Positions 53,561-64,000 of a stretch of 64,000 nucleotides of DNA are shown piece after piece. Position numbers and translations under genes: made by a program. Every line of letters starts with the position of its first letter. The stretch's first letter is position 1. Origin of the DNA: Eledone cirrhosa (Eukaryota); the NCBI GenBank assembly GCA_964016885.1, contig OZ024741.1:42222001-42286000 (forward strand), read 5' to 3'. A model generated the notes under the pieces. It was given only the letters and a program-made list of their open reading frames with translations, was not told the origin of the DNA and searched no databases.

Positions 53561-53805
53561 TAGTATACTGACACAAACACACACTCACACACATATATAT
53601 ATCTCATGTTATTGTCTCTTACTTCACCCCCCCACCCCATTTTTCTTCTTTCTTGCTCTCTGTCTCTCTCTTTTTACTGCTTTCTTGCTCTCTGCCTTTC
53701 TTTCTCTCTCTCTCTCTCTCTCTCTCTCCCACTATCTCTCTCTCTCTTAGCCTCTTTATTTATCTCTCTCTCTCTCTGCTCCTTTCTTTATCTCTCTCTT
53801 TGCAG

Positions 53806-54474
53806 TGCCTGAACACTGTACGGCGTAATTCGGGCTGTTTGTTTACAAACAAACTGAACAAAATAATAAATGCTCGGTAAACCCATATGTACATATATAT
53901 ATGTGTGCATGTATGTATATATATACATACTACTGTACGTCTGTATACATATATGTATGTACGTATACATACATACTTACATTTAAGTATCAGTCGTACT
54001 AAGAGTGAGAAATGAAATTTCGTTTCATTCTTTTCCATTTATCGTTTTCGGTGCGCCCGGCCGACTAACTCACTCGATATGCAAATTAGGCTGCTCAGCC
54101 GTTAATATGCATAAGGAAAGTATATACCTTCAGACGTTCAATCATCTGGCAGGAAGGTATACGATACTGACGATAGCTAATAAGCTTGAAACTAGTACAT
54201 CGTTCCTGTGTCAGTGTTGAACAAAAAGGCGACGATGGTTGCCTGAACACTGTACGGCGTAATTCGGGCTGTTTGTTTACAAACAAACCGAACATTATAA
54301 TAAATTCGGTAAACCCATACGGACATATATATATGTGTGCATGTATGTATATATATACATACTACTGTACGTCTGTATACATATATGTATGTACGTATAC
54401 ATACATACTTACATGTAAGTATCAGCCGTACTAAGAGTGAGAAATGAAATTTCGTTTCATTATTTTCCATTTAT
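53806..54474 (+). mobile_element. Retrozyme-like partial tandem (434-bp unit) with central HHR
   Basis: 53806-54042 is repeated at 54240-54474; HHR between the repeats; ends in (TA)n. Confidence 0.75.
54161..54203 (+). ncRNA. Type I minimal hammerhead ribozyme
   Basis: acgata CTGACGA t agct aata agct t GAAAC ta GTA catcgt; palindromic stem III actagt. Confidence 0.75.
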
Positions 54475-54495
54475 ATATATATATATATCTTTGCC

Positions 54496-54538
<43 letters not shown>

Positions 54539-55500
54539 CTGTCAATATCTCTATTCCTATCTTTTCTCTTGTGTGGGTGTCTTTTCTTCTTAAATGTGTT
54601 CCTGTTCTCTACATAATTAATCGTCATTAATTTTCCTAATTATTATTTACATTTGCATGAGGTCAGGACCATAACAATCACATGCTAATCCTGACATAAG
54701 TTATCAATACAATTAAATAATATCTTCCCCGTGTTCGTGCTTGTCTTTGTATAGTCTTGTAAATAACCTAACCTCCCTTAACTGCAGTGAGATTAGTTTA
54801 ATACAAAATGCATTATAATAATACAAATTATTTATAAACTTCTGTTGCTTGTAAATTATGCACACCATAAAAAGTTTTTTCTTCTGGTCGGTTTCGTAAC
54901 AAAGGTGACTTCTGAGCGGGTTGATGGCCCTCCACAGAATAGTCGGATTATGGGGTTGCCATCCTGGTCGTCAGCCGACACGATGATGCTTCTGGGATCG
55001 CTGGCTTAGGATGACCCCGGCCTCGTGAACAAGAAGAAGAAGAAGAAGGAGGAGGAGGAGAAGGAGGAGAAGAAGAAGATAATAGTGTGAATTCTGATGG
55101 TCCCAAATTAGTCTACTTGGGTCAACTGTTAATTACCTGTTTCTAAATCGTCCTGTTAAACTACGTAAAGGGACATGTGAAACTATGGTAAATTGACACA
55201 GCCTGGTGAATTTGAGGTGTTATGTTACGTTTAAATAGTTTGCCATATTCAAGTTTATCGGTAAGATATTCTAGAATTATATTTATCTCTCGATCTCACT
55301 GTGAGAGGTAACAATGGCATAGTGTGGTGGTCCCCCCCCCCAACACACGCATATATATTTATATCTTAGAGAGTCGGGGCTCTACGGCTGAGCTCTTTCT
55401 GTTTCTCATTCTGTCTCTCCTCACAATATATATATGTAGAAGGAAGGAAAAATGTGAGCAGTAAAACAGAAAAAGTCGTTGTTATTCAAAGAGAAACACA

Positions 55501-55538
<38 letters not shown>

Positions 55539-55557
55539 AGATAGAGAGGGGGAGAGC

Positions 55558-55606
<49 letters not shown>

Positions 55607-56239
55607 TGTGTGTGTGTGTGTGTGTGTGTGAGAAAGAACGATGAATCGTTTCTGACGTGAGAATGAATGTTATGACGACAGATAGTAAAAAAAAAAAAAA
55701 AAAAAAAGACTTTCTCTATAATGATAGGTTGTTGATAGAGAAATATTGTGAGAGAGGGATAGAGAGTGTGTGAATGATAGATAGAGAGGTTGAGTGTTGT
55801 CACCATAGAAAATAACGTGTTGACAGACTTGCACATAAAAAAATCAGCGAATGTACTTTTTCTCTAGAATAAGAAACAAAGTATTTTCAATAAACAATTA
55901 TTTAAGTGAATTTATAATATAGAATTCAGTTTAAGTGCATTTCGTATTAATCATTACTAAACATCTAATATGAGATATTGAACATTAGCTTAAATAATTA
56001 TCGTGTCGGCTTGAGTTCGTTATGAGTCTCTTTTTTATAAAAGGATCCCACAGAGTGTACGATAGATAATGATTACAATATTTTTGAACAACAACTCTAG
56101 TCCCACACTTTTGAAGGTCTATTATAACATTCTGTGGCTCTTTTGAGCTTGCGCATTTTTCAGGTCTAGTATATATATATATATATATACAAACACAATG
56201 ATATTAAATAAATGGAAACTATATTTATAGAACCATATT

Positions 56240-56304
56240 TATTTTATTATATATATTTCAAGGGTAACCAAGACAACATTGGTACGCTTTCATCAGATAA
56301 AATA
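56240..56304 (-). ncRNA. Type I hammerhead ribozyme
   Basis: Inverted copy of 56451-56515. Confidence 0.72.
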
Positions 56305-56450
56305 CAAAGTTTGTTTTATAAATAGAGACATACCCATGAAAATCATACCTTATCGGTTGGAAATTCACTGGATAGTCCAGTGAAGGTATGAAGGTAGTCC
56401 GATAAGGTATGATTTTCATGGGTATGTCTCTATTTATAAAACAAACTTTG

Positions 56451-56515
56451 TATTTTATCTGATGAAAGCGTACCAATGTTGTCTTGGTTACCCTTGAAAT
56501 ATACATAATAAAATA
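56451..56515 (+). ncRNA. Type I hammerhead ribozyme
   Basis: tattttat CTGATGA aagcgtaccaa..ttggttaccctt GAAA tatacat a ataaaata; 8-bp stem I. Confidence 0.72.
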
Positions 56516-56650
56516 AATATGGTTTTATAAATATAGTTTCCATTTATTTAATATCATTGAATATTTACTCCAGTAAATCTGTTGAGTGCTCTAAATCAGT
56601 TATAAACATTTATGTTTATCGGACTTCCAACAAATTAAATACCACGTCTA

Positions 56651-56733
<83 letters not shown>

Positions 56734-57109
56734 CAAATGATCGTCATAGAAAAACACGTACAATGTGGTCCTGGATGAACTCGGTTTGGGAAAGATGGTT
56801 ACGATTGGGATGTGTGGGTGTTCTCTGTTTAAACAACAGCAACTACAGCTACTTATGATCCCAATCTTGGATCGATCATTCCATCAATTTGTAACATACA
56901 AAACGTCATCAATAAAATACATTGTTGAACGATTTTCCGGTATTGGAAAATAATTTGTCACAGCTGTGAATCTAGAGAGCCCTTAACTGAAGATATCGAT
57001 TTTTAATACAAGGACACAAGATATTAATTTTCATCTCTCTTGTTTAATAATTTCATCACGTTACACAGAAAGGTTCAACAGTAATCAAAACTATGGAAAC
57101 TAATCTTAA

Positions 57110-57498
57110 CCATTTTATTATCATATTTCTAATAAAACACACTATATGATTTTCATATAATTTAGAAAATAATTAAGAATTTGGAAAGATTTAGCGATAT
57201 AATCTCTCATTATTAAGCTGGGGTTTGGAGCATAACTCACCAAAGGTTTTTACATAAAATTATGATGAAAGGCTTTTAGATGAATATAACTCTTAAAATA
57301 ATCCTTTCTATATCGTAAAACTAGGGGAGATTTCAGGCGGGATATCAAAAATGGTCAAGCTGGTGTTTAGAGCATAACGTAAAGGTTTTTACATAAAATT
57401 AGGATGGAAGGTTTTGAGGAAAATAGAAACACTTTAAATATAAACAGTTTTGCATCGTAGAACCAGCAGTGGTTTTAAGCGGTTTAGTGTCAAAAGGG
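57110..57498. mobile_element. Degraded piggyBac-like MITE
   Basis: ttaa|ccatttta ... caaaaggg|ttca; internal direct repeat aaaggtttttacataaaatta. Confidence 0.4.
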
Positions 57499-57539
57499 TT
57501 CATGAAAAGTATGTTTGGAAATAACTGCTAAAGTAAAGC

Positions 57540-57690
57540 AGACATCTCTTGATCATCTTCGGCACAGAATTGGCTACCCGCAGGTGTGAGCCTCGCAAGC
57601 TGGAATGACTCTTCTAGCGCATCTTCCCTCACTATCCTTCGGGGAAACGCCTTCTCTATTCTGTCCGCCGGGCGACCAGCACATAGGCCC
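57540..57690 (+). pseudogene. CRE-clade RLE 3' fragment
   Basis: Nucleotide homolog of about 9680-9815; SLTILRGNAFS. Confidence 0.7.
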
Positions 57691-58559
57691 CATTTGTTCG
57701 TAATAGTGAGAGATGGGGAGAACTGGAGAGACGGAGGCAGTGACAGTGTTCGGACCTGGTCTATATGTATATGTTTCACGGACACACACTCACACATCTG
57801 TTTCCCAACTACCAATAGGTCTCGATTCATTAGAACACATGACCCTTCCTTAATTTCCTACAGCTCCCACGTACTATTTATAATTGAAGTACTGGAATGC
57901 GACATTTTCTTATTAGCCGTGAATTTCTACCAGCTGCAACAGAATACATTGATCAGTGGAGGATCATTGTTAATGAAGCCAGATCAAGATCGATCTGACA
58001 AAGATGACCTTATCTGTTCAATCATTTCACATGTGCAGTTCTAACCTTTAAACTTAAAACACATAACCATAGATATTTCCAAACAACAGAGAAGAATATG
58101 AATACTGTCTTGATTTAATGGAGATTTAACTGATGTTTTTAGTAAGTCGATTGATCCTTCGTTAGTTCGGCTCCCATTTAGGAAGTTAAAACCTAGAGGC
58201 TCATGAAGCCATAGCTTATTCTAATTTCATTGGTGTTAAGCAATTGAGATTCTGGGTCACCCGTCCGTTGCAGGAATATCCTGCAGCTGAGACTCAAATT
58301 CATTGCCTTAAGGTTGTGAGCCTACCACGTTAATCACTAGGCCGCCTGCCCTTCCAGTGGAGAAGTTGAGGTGTTAACAGTATTTTGAGGCTTCCCTGTC
58401 CATACATCCACACAAGAGTATATCTCTGAAATGTAGGTGAACCATAGTAAAGTAAAATATAATGACGTTCTAAGAGAGAAACAGAAATGATTTAAATTCT
58501 AATCCTTTAAGGTATATATGATAGATATTACATTTATAATAAATGCATAAATAAGCAGA

Positions 58560-59040
58560 TTATCTTATCAGTAAGAAAGCTTCCCTCCCTCCACTGGATT
58601 GGCGAGGGAAATATGAATGAAAGAATCAGAGTAGGAGAGAAACAGAGCTGAAATAGGATCGAAATAAGTTACTCTGAAGACGTAATAAATAACTTTAGTT
58701 AAAATTACTTTTATGCTTGTAAGATCTCCGCACATAAGAAATTCACACGCACTTGTAAGCGTGCAGAATATATAAAAGGGAGGATGGGGAGAAAGAATGA
58801 ATGAATGCACGGGGGACAGAGGAAGAGGGAAGAAAAGACAACTCACCTCAAGCATGATATCAATCCGGGTTAGAAGGCTAAGGTATAAATAATTTTAACT
58901 CGAAAGCAAGTGTATTAGGAATCTCAGGGAAAATGGGAAAACTCGGCTTATGGAAGCGGCGCTGGGTAACATATTACTTCGAAGGACAGAAATCAGTGGC
59001 GCCATGTGAGTTGACTCGAAGGAAGGAAGAGAAGATAGAT
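58560..59040 (-). repeat. Second copy of the 2084-2901 repeat family
   Basis: Reverse complement shares cttcgagtcaactcacat, tacccagcgccgcttc, ccgagttttcccattttcc and gtgagttgtcttttcttccctctt. Confidence 0.7.
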
Positions 59041-59184
59041 TTACTTAATTTTGCTGCCTGGTTAAATCAGGATAGTGGTTAAATAATCAAGTGATCATGA
59101 TCGTCACTGCAACATGTACCCCGGCCTTATTAATAAAGGACTCTTTAACACCTACAATTTCCCCATTCTCTCTCTCTCTCTCTC

Positions 59185-59315
<131 letters not shown>

Positions 59316-59399
59316 AATACGTATATATATATATATTTATAAATCATAAATACGTATATATATATATATATTTATTATTATTACTATATATATACACCA

Positions 59400-59520
59400 T
59401 GTCGGACACCAGTCGGACACCAGTCGGACACCATGCTTTGAAGCATAGAGTTACGTCCCTTTATGATCTGAGTTCAAATCCCGCGGGATCGATAAAATAA
59501 AGTACCAGTAATGTACCAGT
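59400..59520 (+). mobile_element. Partial SINE A abutting the truncated Naiad RT
   Basis: ccatgctttg..tgagttcaaatcccgc..gataaaataaagtaccagt. Confidence 0.7.
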
Positions 59521-60615
59521 AATGCATCATCACGATATAGTCCGCCTATAAGGTGCGGGAAGGTAGCATATAGTTCATTAAGGAGGAACAACCCAACAAG
59601 ATCAGTAACCTGGGCCGAATCACTCGAACCCATTGTAACGTCGAAATTGTTGGGCGTGTTTTTACGGGTCCAAAATGTGTCCTCAAATTTAATAATAGTT
59701 TTACGGGCTGCTAGTATAATATCTACCTGTGATCGTGTAAGGCTGGACACTCTCATTGCCAACATTAAAGCTTTATTGAGGAGGACGGGTGAAATTGATG
59801 TGTAGTAGGCATCAATATCGAATTGGATAAACTTATTAGATTCAAGTCTATTAATCCCGGAGAACCAATCTATAACTTCCTTAGTGTTCCCCCATAGGTT
59901 AAAATTAACCTTATCCCTAACATCTGGTATAATAAGGTCAAGGATTTTTTTTACTGATAATGGCTGTATCAGACTTAGAAGGACAGATGAGTCTAACGGA
60001 GGGGTTACTAATAAAATCAACCTTATGATCCTTAAGAGTGAATCTCGGTTCTCTAGGGTAATATGGCTGGGTATACTTATCGAGGCCGAGGTCAGAGACA
60101 ATTCTAAGGCCATCACTATTGATGTGGTTCAAATTCTCAAGTGTAGTTTTTTTATAGTTTCTATGCAGCTCCTTATAAATAAAGTCGCGGTAAGCACTAT
60201 AATCCATGGAGTATAGATTTTTAGTCTTATCCGCCGGGACAAGAATGGACTTATTCCCACCGAAACCCTTAACAATATTTTAAAGTCTAGACTGGAACTT
60301 ATCAAAATTATTATAATTTCTATGTCTATTATTTGGCCTATACCTAATATTTTTGACAAGAGAGAGTAAGTCACTTTCAAAACTATCTAACAGAATATTG
60401 TGTGGTGGGCTCTTATAAGTTTTGAAGCCATAGTTATTAAAAATAGTTCTATTCCTGGGGTCCTTCCTATTCTTATTATTATCATAGTGGAAAGCACGCC
60501 ATCTAATCCTTTTTACAAAGGAGTTAACACTAGCTATCAATAGTTTTTCGTAAGTATTCTTAGAGGGGGTGGGAATATTCTTCAGAGATAAAGGCAGGTA
60601 ACTCTTTGTTAGCAT
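59518..60615 (-). pseudogene. Naiad RT N-terminal half, frameshifted and 3'-truncated
   Basis: SLKNIPTPS, FVKRIRWRA, YGFKT, TLKDHK, FDIDAYYTSI, FDVTMGS, GLYRDD. Confidence 0.85.
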
Positions 60616-60840
60616 ACTGTCAGATATATATATATAAAGGCCAAAATACCAGTATATATGAGGAAGCTCAACCGATCGGGAGCAGTGACAAGGGTTAAAA
60701 TACTGGAGTGTGTTAGAGTTAAACACCCTCTTCGTATTATAGAAATGACAGTAAAAGGTATAGCTCAATGTAGTTAAACAGAGCCGAAAAATTAAGAGAG
60801 TAAAACAAAGAAGCCTTCAATACGTCAAAAGTCTTTATTA

Positions 60841-60878
60841 GCCGACAATGTTTCGTCCTATTAAGGACTCATCAGGGC
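60841..60878 (-). ncRNA. Canonical type I hammerhead ribozyme
   Basis: gcc CTGATGA gtcc ttaata ggac GAAAC att GTC ggc, then aataaa. Confidence 0.85.
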
Positions 60879-62618
60879 AATTAAAACAACAAGAAGTAAT
60901 ATCGGCAGATACAAGCCGGAAGCTCCGAAGAATATGGAGTGTACATACACTGAAGTATTACAAAAATATATAATAAAAATATATGATAAACATTACTAAG
61001 GATGTATATAACACTAAGAACCATATTACAAATATAGTCCAAAGCAAAAACTAGAGCTAAACAAAGGTGGTTATATAGAGCAGGAATTATATATAATACA
61101 ATATAATATACTATAATATACCTTTACCAACATTAAAATTACAATAAAAATCAAAAGATACAATATGCATATGTATATATGTGCGCACACGTACACACAC
61201 ATATACACATACAACAATACACACATCCATCCTCAACTGCACAAATTAAACCTTATTAAGAATTTGAATATAAAAATAAGCATGATAGGAATGAAAATAA
61301 TAATAATAATAATACTAATACATCTACCCAATATACATGAGGTAATAATATGATATAATTATAAGTAGTACATAGGTAATAATATGATATAATTATAAGT
61401 AGCACATATAATAATAAATAATACAATTATATACTATATAATACAATATAATAGAATAGATAATCTCCGGTTAATTTACACAAACAATATAGATGTCACA
61501 ATAATAATATAATAATAATATTTACAATATACAATATACTAACATTCTAAATGTACTCAAGTTAACAAGTCAATTCATACTGGGTTACAGAGTAGGTAAG
61601 GAAAAATAAAATGTACAATACCTCAAAAAATGTTGATGATACAGAAGTACAAACATCTTACAAGATATATAAGGTTTAACATATCATAATGTTACATATA
61701 ATTAACGGTAAGTAATAAGGATCAATATTACAATAAAAATACAATATAATATAATATATTATATAAAATAAAATTAATACAATATAATATATAATTACTT
61801 ATAATTACAAGGTTGGTAGACAGACATGTACATGGATGAGTGAGTAAGTGCCAGACAGTAAATATAATGCACAGTAGTATTACAAAGTATACAATAAAAT
61901 CAAACGTATACATTTAGGTCTCACATGCAGTTAAGTAGTTAAGTAAAAGCTAAGGAAACAACCCCTGTAAATGACTCGAAAACCCTATTTGATAAATTAA
62001 TATTAAAAATATTTAAACTATCCAATAAGGCAGTATAATATTGGCTATAGTTTAAGTCATTAAAGTTTATAAACGTTAATATTTCGTTCCAAATGTTTAC
62101 AAAAAGGAATGAAAATTTTTTATTATCATATACATAACGATATCGAAAGAACTGACTTAAGCAGAATTAAGGTAGGCTAATAGGGAGAGAAATGAAGAAA
62201 TGTATGGAGGATGCAAAGGGGCATAAAATATAGTCGATATACTATATTACATAATAGAAAGGAGTGTAAAAGAAGGGGGGGGGGTTAAATATAATATAAT
62301 CATAGTCAATTTGGAGGGGTTGACAATAAGTTTATGTGCGCATGGGGGGGGGGGGGTTCCAAAGAAGAATCCGAATAAAGATAAAAATAAAAATAAGGAT
62401 AAAATAAAATAAATAGCGTGAAATATATAATCTTATATACATTCATAAGGTGTAATAGTGAAAATTTAATGCGTAAGAAGATAGATGTGGTACAGTAGCC
62501 AAAAGATTATGAGATCTAGAATGAAGAGTCATCAAAAACCAATTATAATAATGATGATAATAATAATGTTGGCAAACAAAAGGACCTAAACTAAAAAATA
62601 AATAATGGAATATATCAG

Positions 62619-63745
62619 CTAATGGGTACAATTTGTACTACTAGAACGTTTAGGTTTATAATAAAAGTATGAATTAGAAATAGCATGGGGGCAAGAAGAG
62701 AATATCTCAGACTTTCTATTAAGTAAAGATGCGCTAGAGAAGATTATAGAGTGTGTCTCGAGGATACAGAGATTACAAAACTTAGTATGTGTAGAAAGGT
62801 GGTTAGAGCGTGCTACTAAACGCCAGTTAAGGCTATATGGTATATTAGCTATCTTAAGATCCCAGACATAATGTGCTAAAGAAGTAGAATTCTTAAACTT
62901 AACATGCTTGAAATTAGAGATATGAGAGTTAAACCTAGTCTTAAAAGTGTTAGATGTAGAGCCTATATAAGTTCTATTAGAGGAATTAGTTATAACTTCA
63001 CAAGCATAGACAATGTTCTTAGAAAGGCAGTTACCGTTTAAAGGGCAGTTAGCACTCACTCTACAATTGCACTTCCGGGTGTTATTGGTTGACTCAAGTG
63101 GTGATGCATTACACGTAGGATTGCTATTAGATAAGGACTGTTCTGGTGGTAATGCATTGCCAGATCTGTTCAGACTAGTAGTATGTAGAGAGGAGAATCC
63201 ATCCCTAATTTTCCTATTGTTAGTGCTAGCTAAATGAGAACTAATATTAGGGTGGTAGAGAATGAAAGTTTAATAACATTTTTATTAAAAATACTATGGT
63301 ATTTATGAGAAGGGGGGAAATTTTTCTCTAAGATAGAGAAGAAAGACCTAGGGATATTAGTTGATACTTCCTGATTATATGGCGGGTTAAAATAAGTGTT
63401 TAATCGCCTTCTATTTTTATTCTTACCGACTCTACCATTATCGAATATCCCGCCATCGAGACTAGGGTTACTACAAGGATTAGTTAAATCCGCATTCCTA
63501 GAATCAGCCAAAATTTCATTAAGTCTATTACAGTTTCTACCTCCAGTAGGATCAGTAGGAGCAACATTATCAGAATAAGATCCAGCTAAATTATCACCAA
63601 TGTGTGAGCGCTCAGGGGGTTCAACTTGTTTCCTAGAGGTATTATATTCACTATTGCGGGTTCGGTGGGTTAACTTATGGGTGGGTTCAGATACACCTAT
63701 ATAATTTTTACGGTTACTATGTTTGCTACTCACATTCATGGCCAT
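62619..63745 (-). pseudogene. Naiad C-terminal linker plus GIY-YIG, one frameshift near 63240
   Basis: YFNPPY, IKLSFS, CNCRVSANCPL, NIVY..YIGST..FKTRF, CNLC..LLNRKSE..CPH. Confidence 0.85.
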
Positions 63746-63789
63746 GTTATGTGATATTATATTATTATTATTAAAAGTATATATATATA

Positions 63790-63950
63790 GTAATAATAAT
63801 AGATTTGAAGACTAAAATCCAAAGAGGGGTCGATAAGGATAAATATATATCAGATATATAAGAACCGTAGAGCAAATATTTATTAAAATAACAGATTAAA
63901 GTTTAAGCAAAGAATCGCTGCTTTCACCCTTAACGGGATCTTCTGAAACT
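63790..63950 (-). mobile_element. Family D element with CAGAAGA hammerhead-like motif (63901-63949)
   Basis: Homologous to 33480-33650, 10300-10370 and 18105-18260. Confidence 0.7.
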
Positions 63951-64000
63951 AAAAAAATCAATCTGTGAACGCAGAAGTAAATATTTCGAAAAACGTTGCA

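Larger units (their letters stand above)
56196..56652. mobile_element. Fold-back element with inverted HHR pair, related to the Naiad termini at 48646 and 51574
   Basis: Arms 56196-56356 and 56399-56559; unique tail to 56652; (TA)n flanks. Confidence 0.82.
59518..63760 (-). mobile_element. Naiad-type PLE in partial-tandem (pLTR) arrangement
   Basis: Minus-strand order: GIY-YIG half (63745-62619), long 3' UTR, HHR (60878-60841), leader, then a new ORF start MLTKSYLPLSLKNIP and RT up to GLYRDDALL. Confidence 0.88.

Noticed and set aside
54880-55080. Possible RTE 3' end with (AAG)n tail (also about 32280-32480, minus strand)
   Set aside because: Too short and degenerate to classify with confidence

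Overview
AT-rich, repeat-dense eukaryotic non-coding DNA, most likely from an octopod cephalopod (inferred from the tRNA-derived SINE families and the TA/CA/GA microsatellite load). No intact host gene is evident. The window holds decayed retroelements: R4/Dong and CRE restriction-like-endonuclease LINEs, CR1, RTE and Crack/Daphne-like LINEs, one C-rich Neptune-type and three Naiad-type Penelope-like elements (PLEs). It also holds mariner, Tc1, hAT and piggyBac MITEs, more than 20 SINE copies and a 21-bp minisatellite. The most striking pattern is a set of short non-coding inserts in (TA)n tracts, built as long fold-back palindromes or partial tandems. Many carry type I hammerhead ribozyme (HHR) cores, about 15 in total. 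One family has a fixed non-canonical CAGAAGA core, one palindrome loop is an exact copy of a locus about 2.6 kb away, and one palindrome shares its HHR terminus with a coding Naiad element. All alignments and folds were read by eye, so boundaries are approximate.
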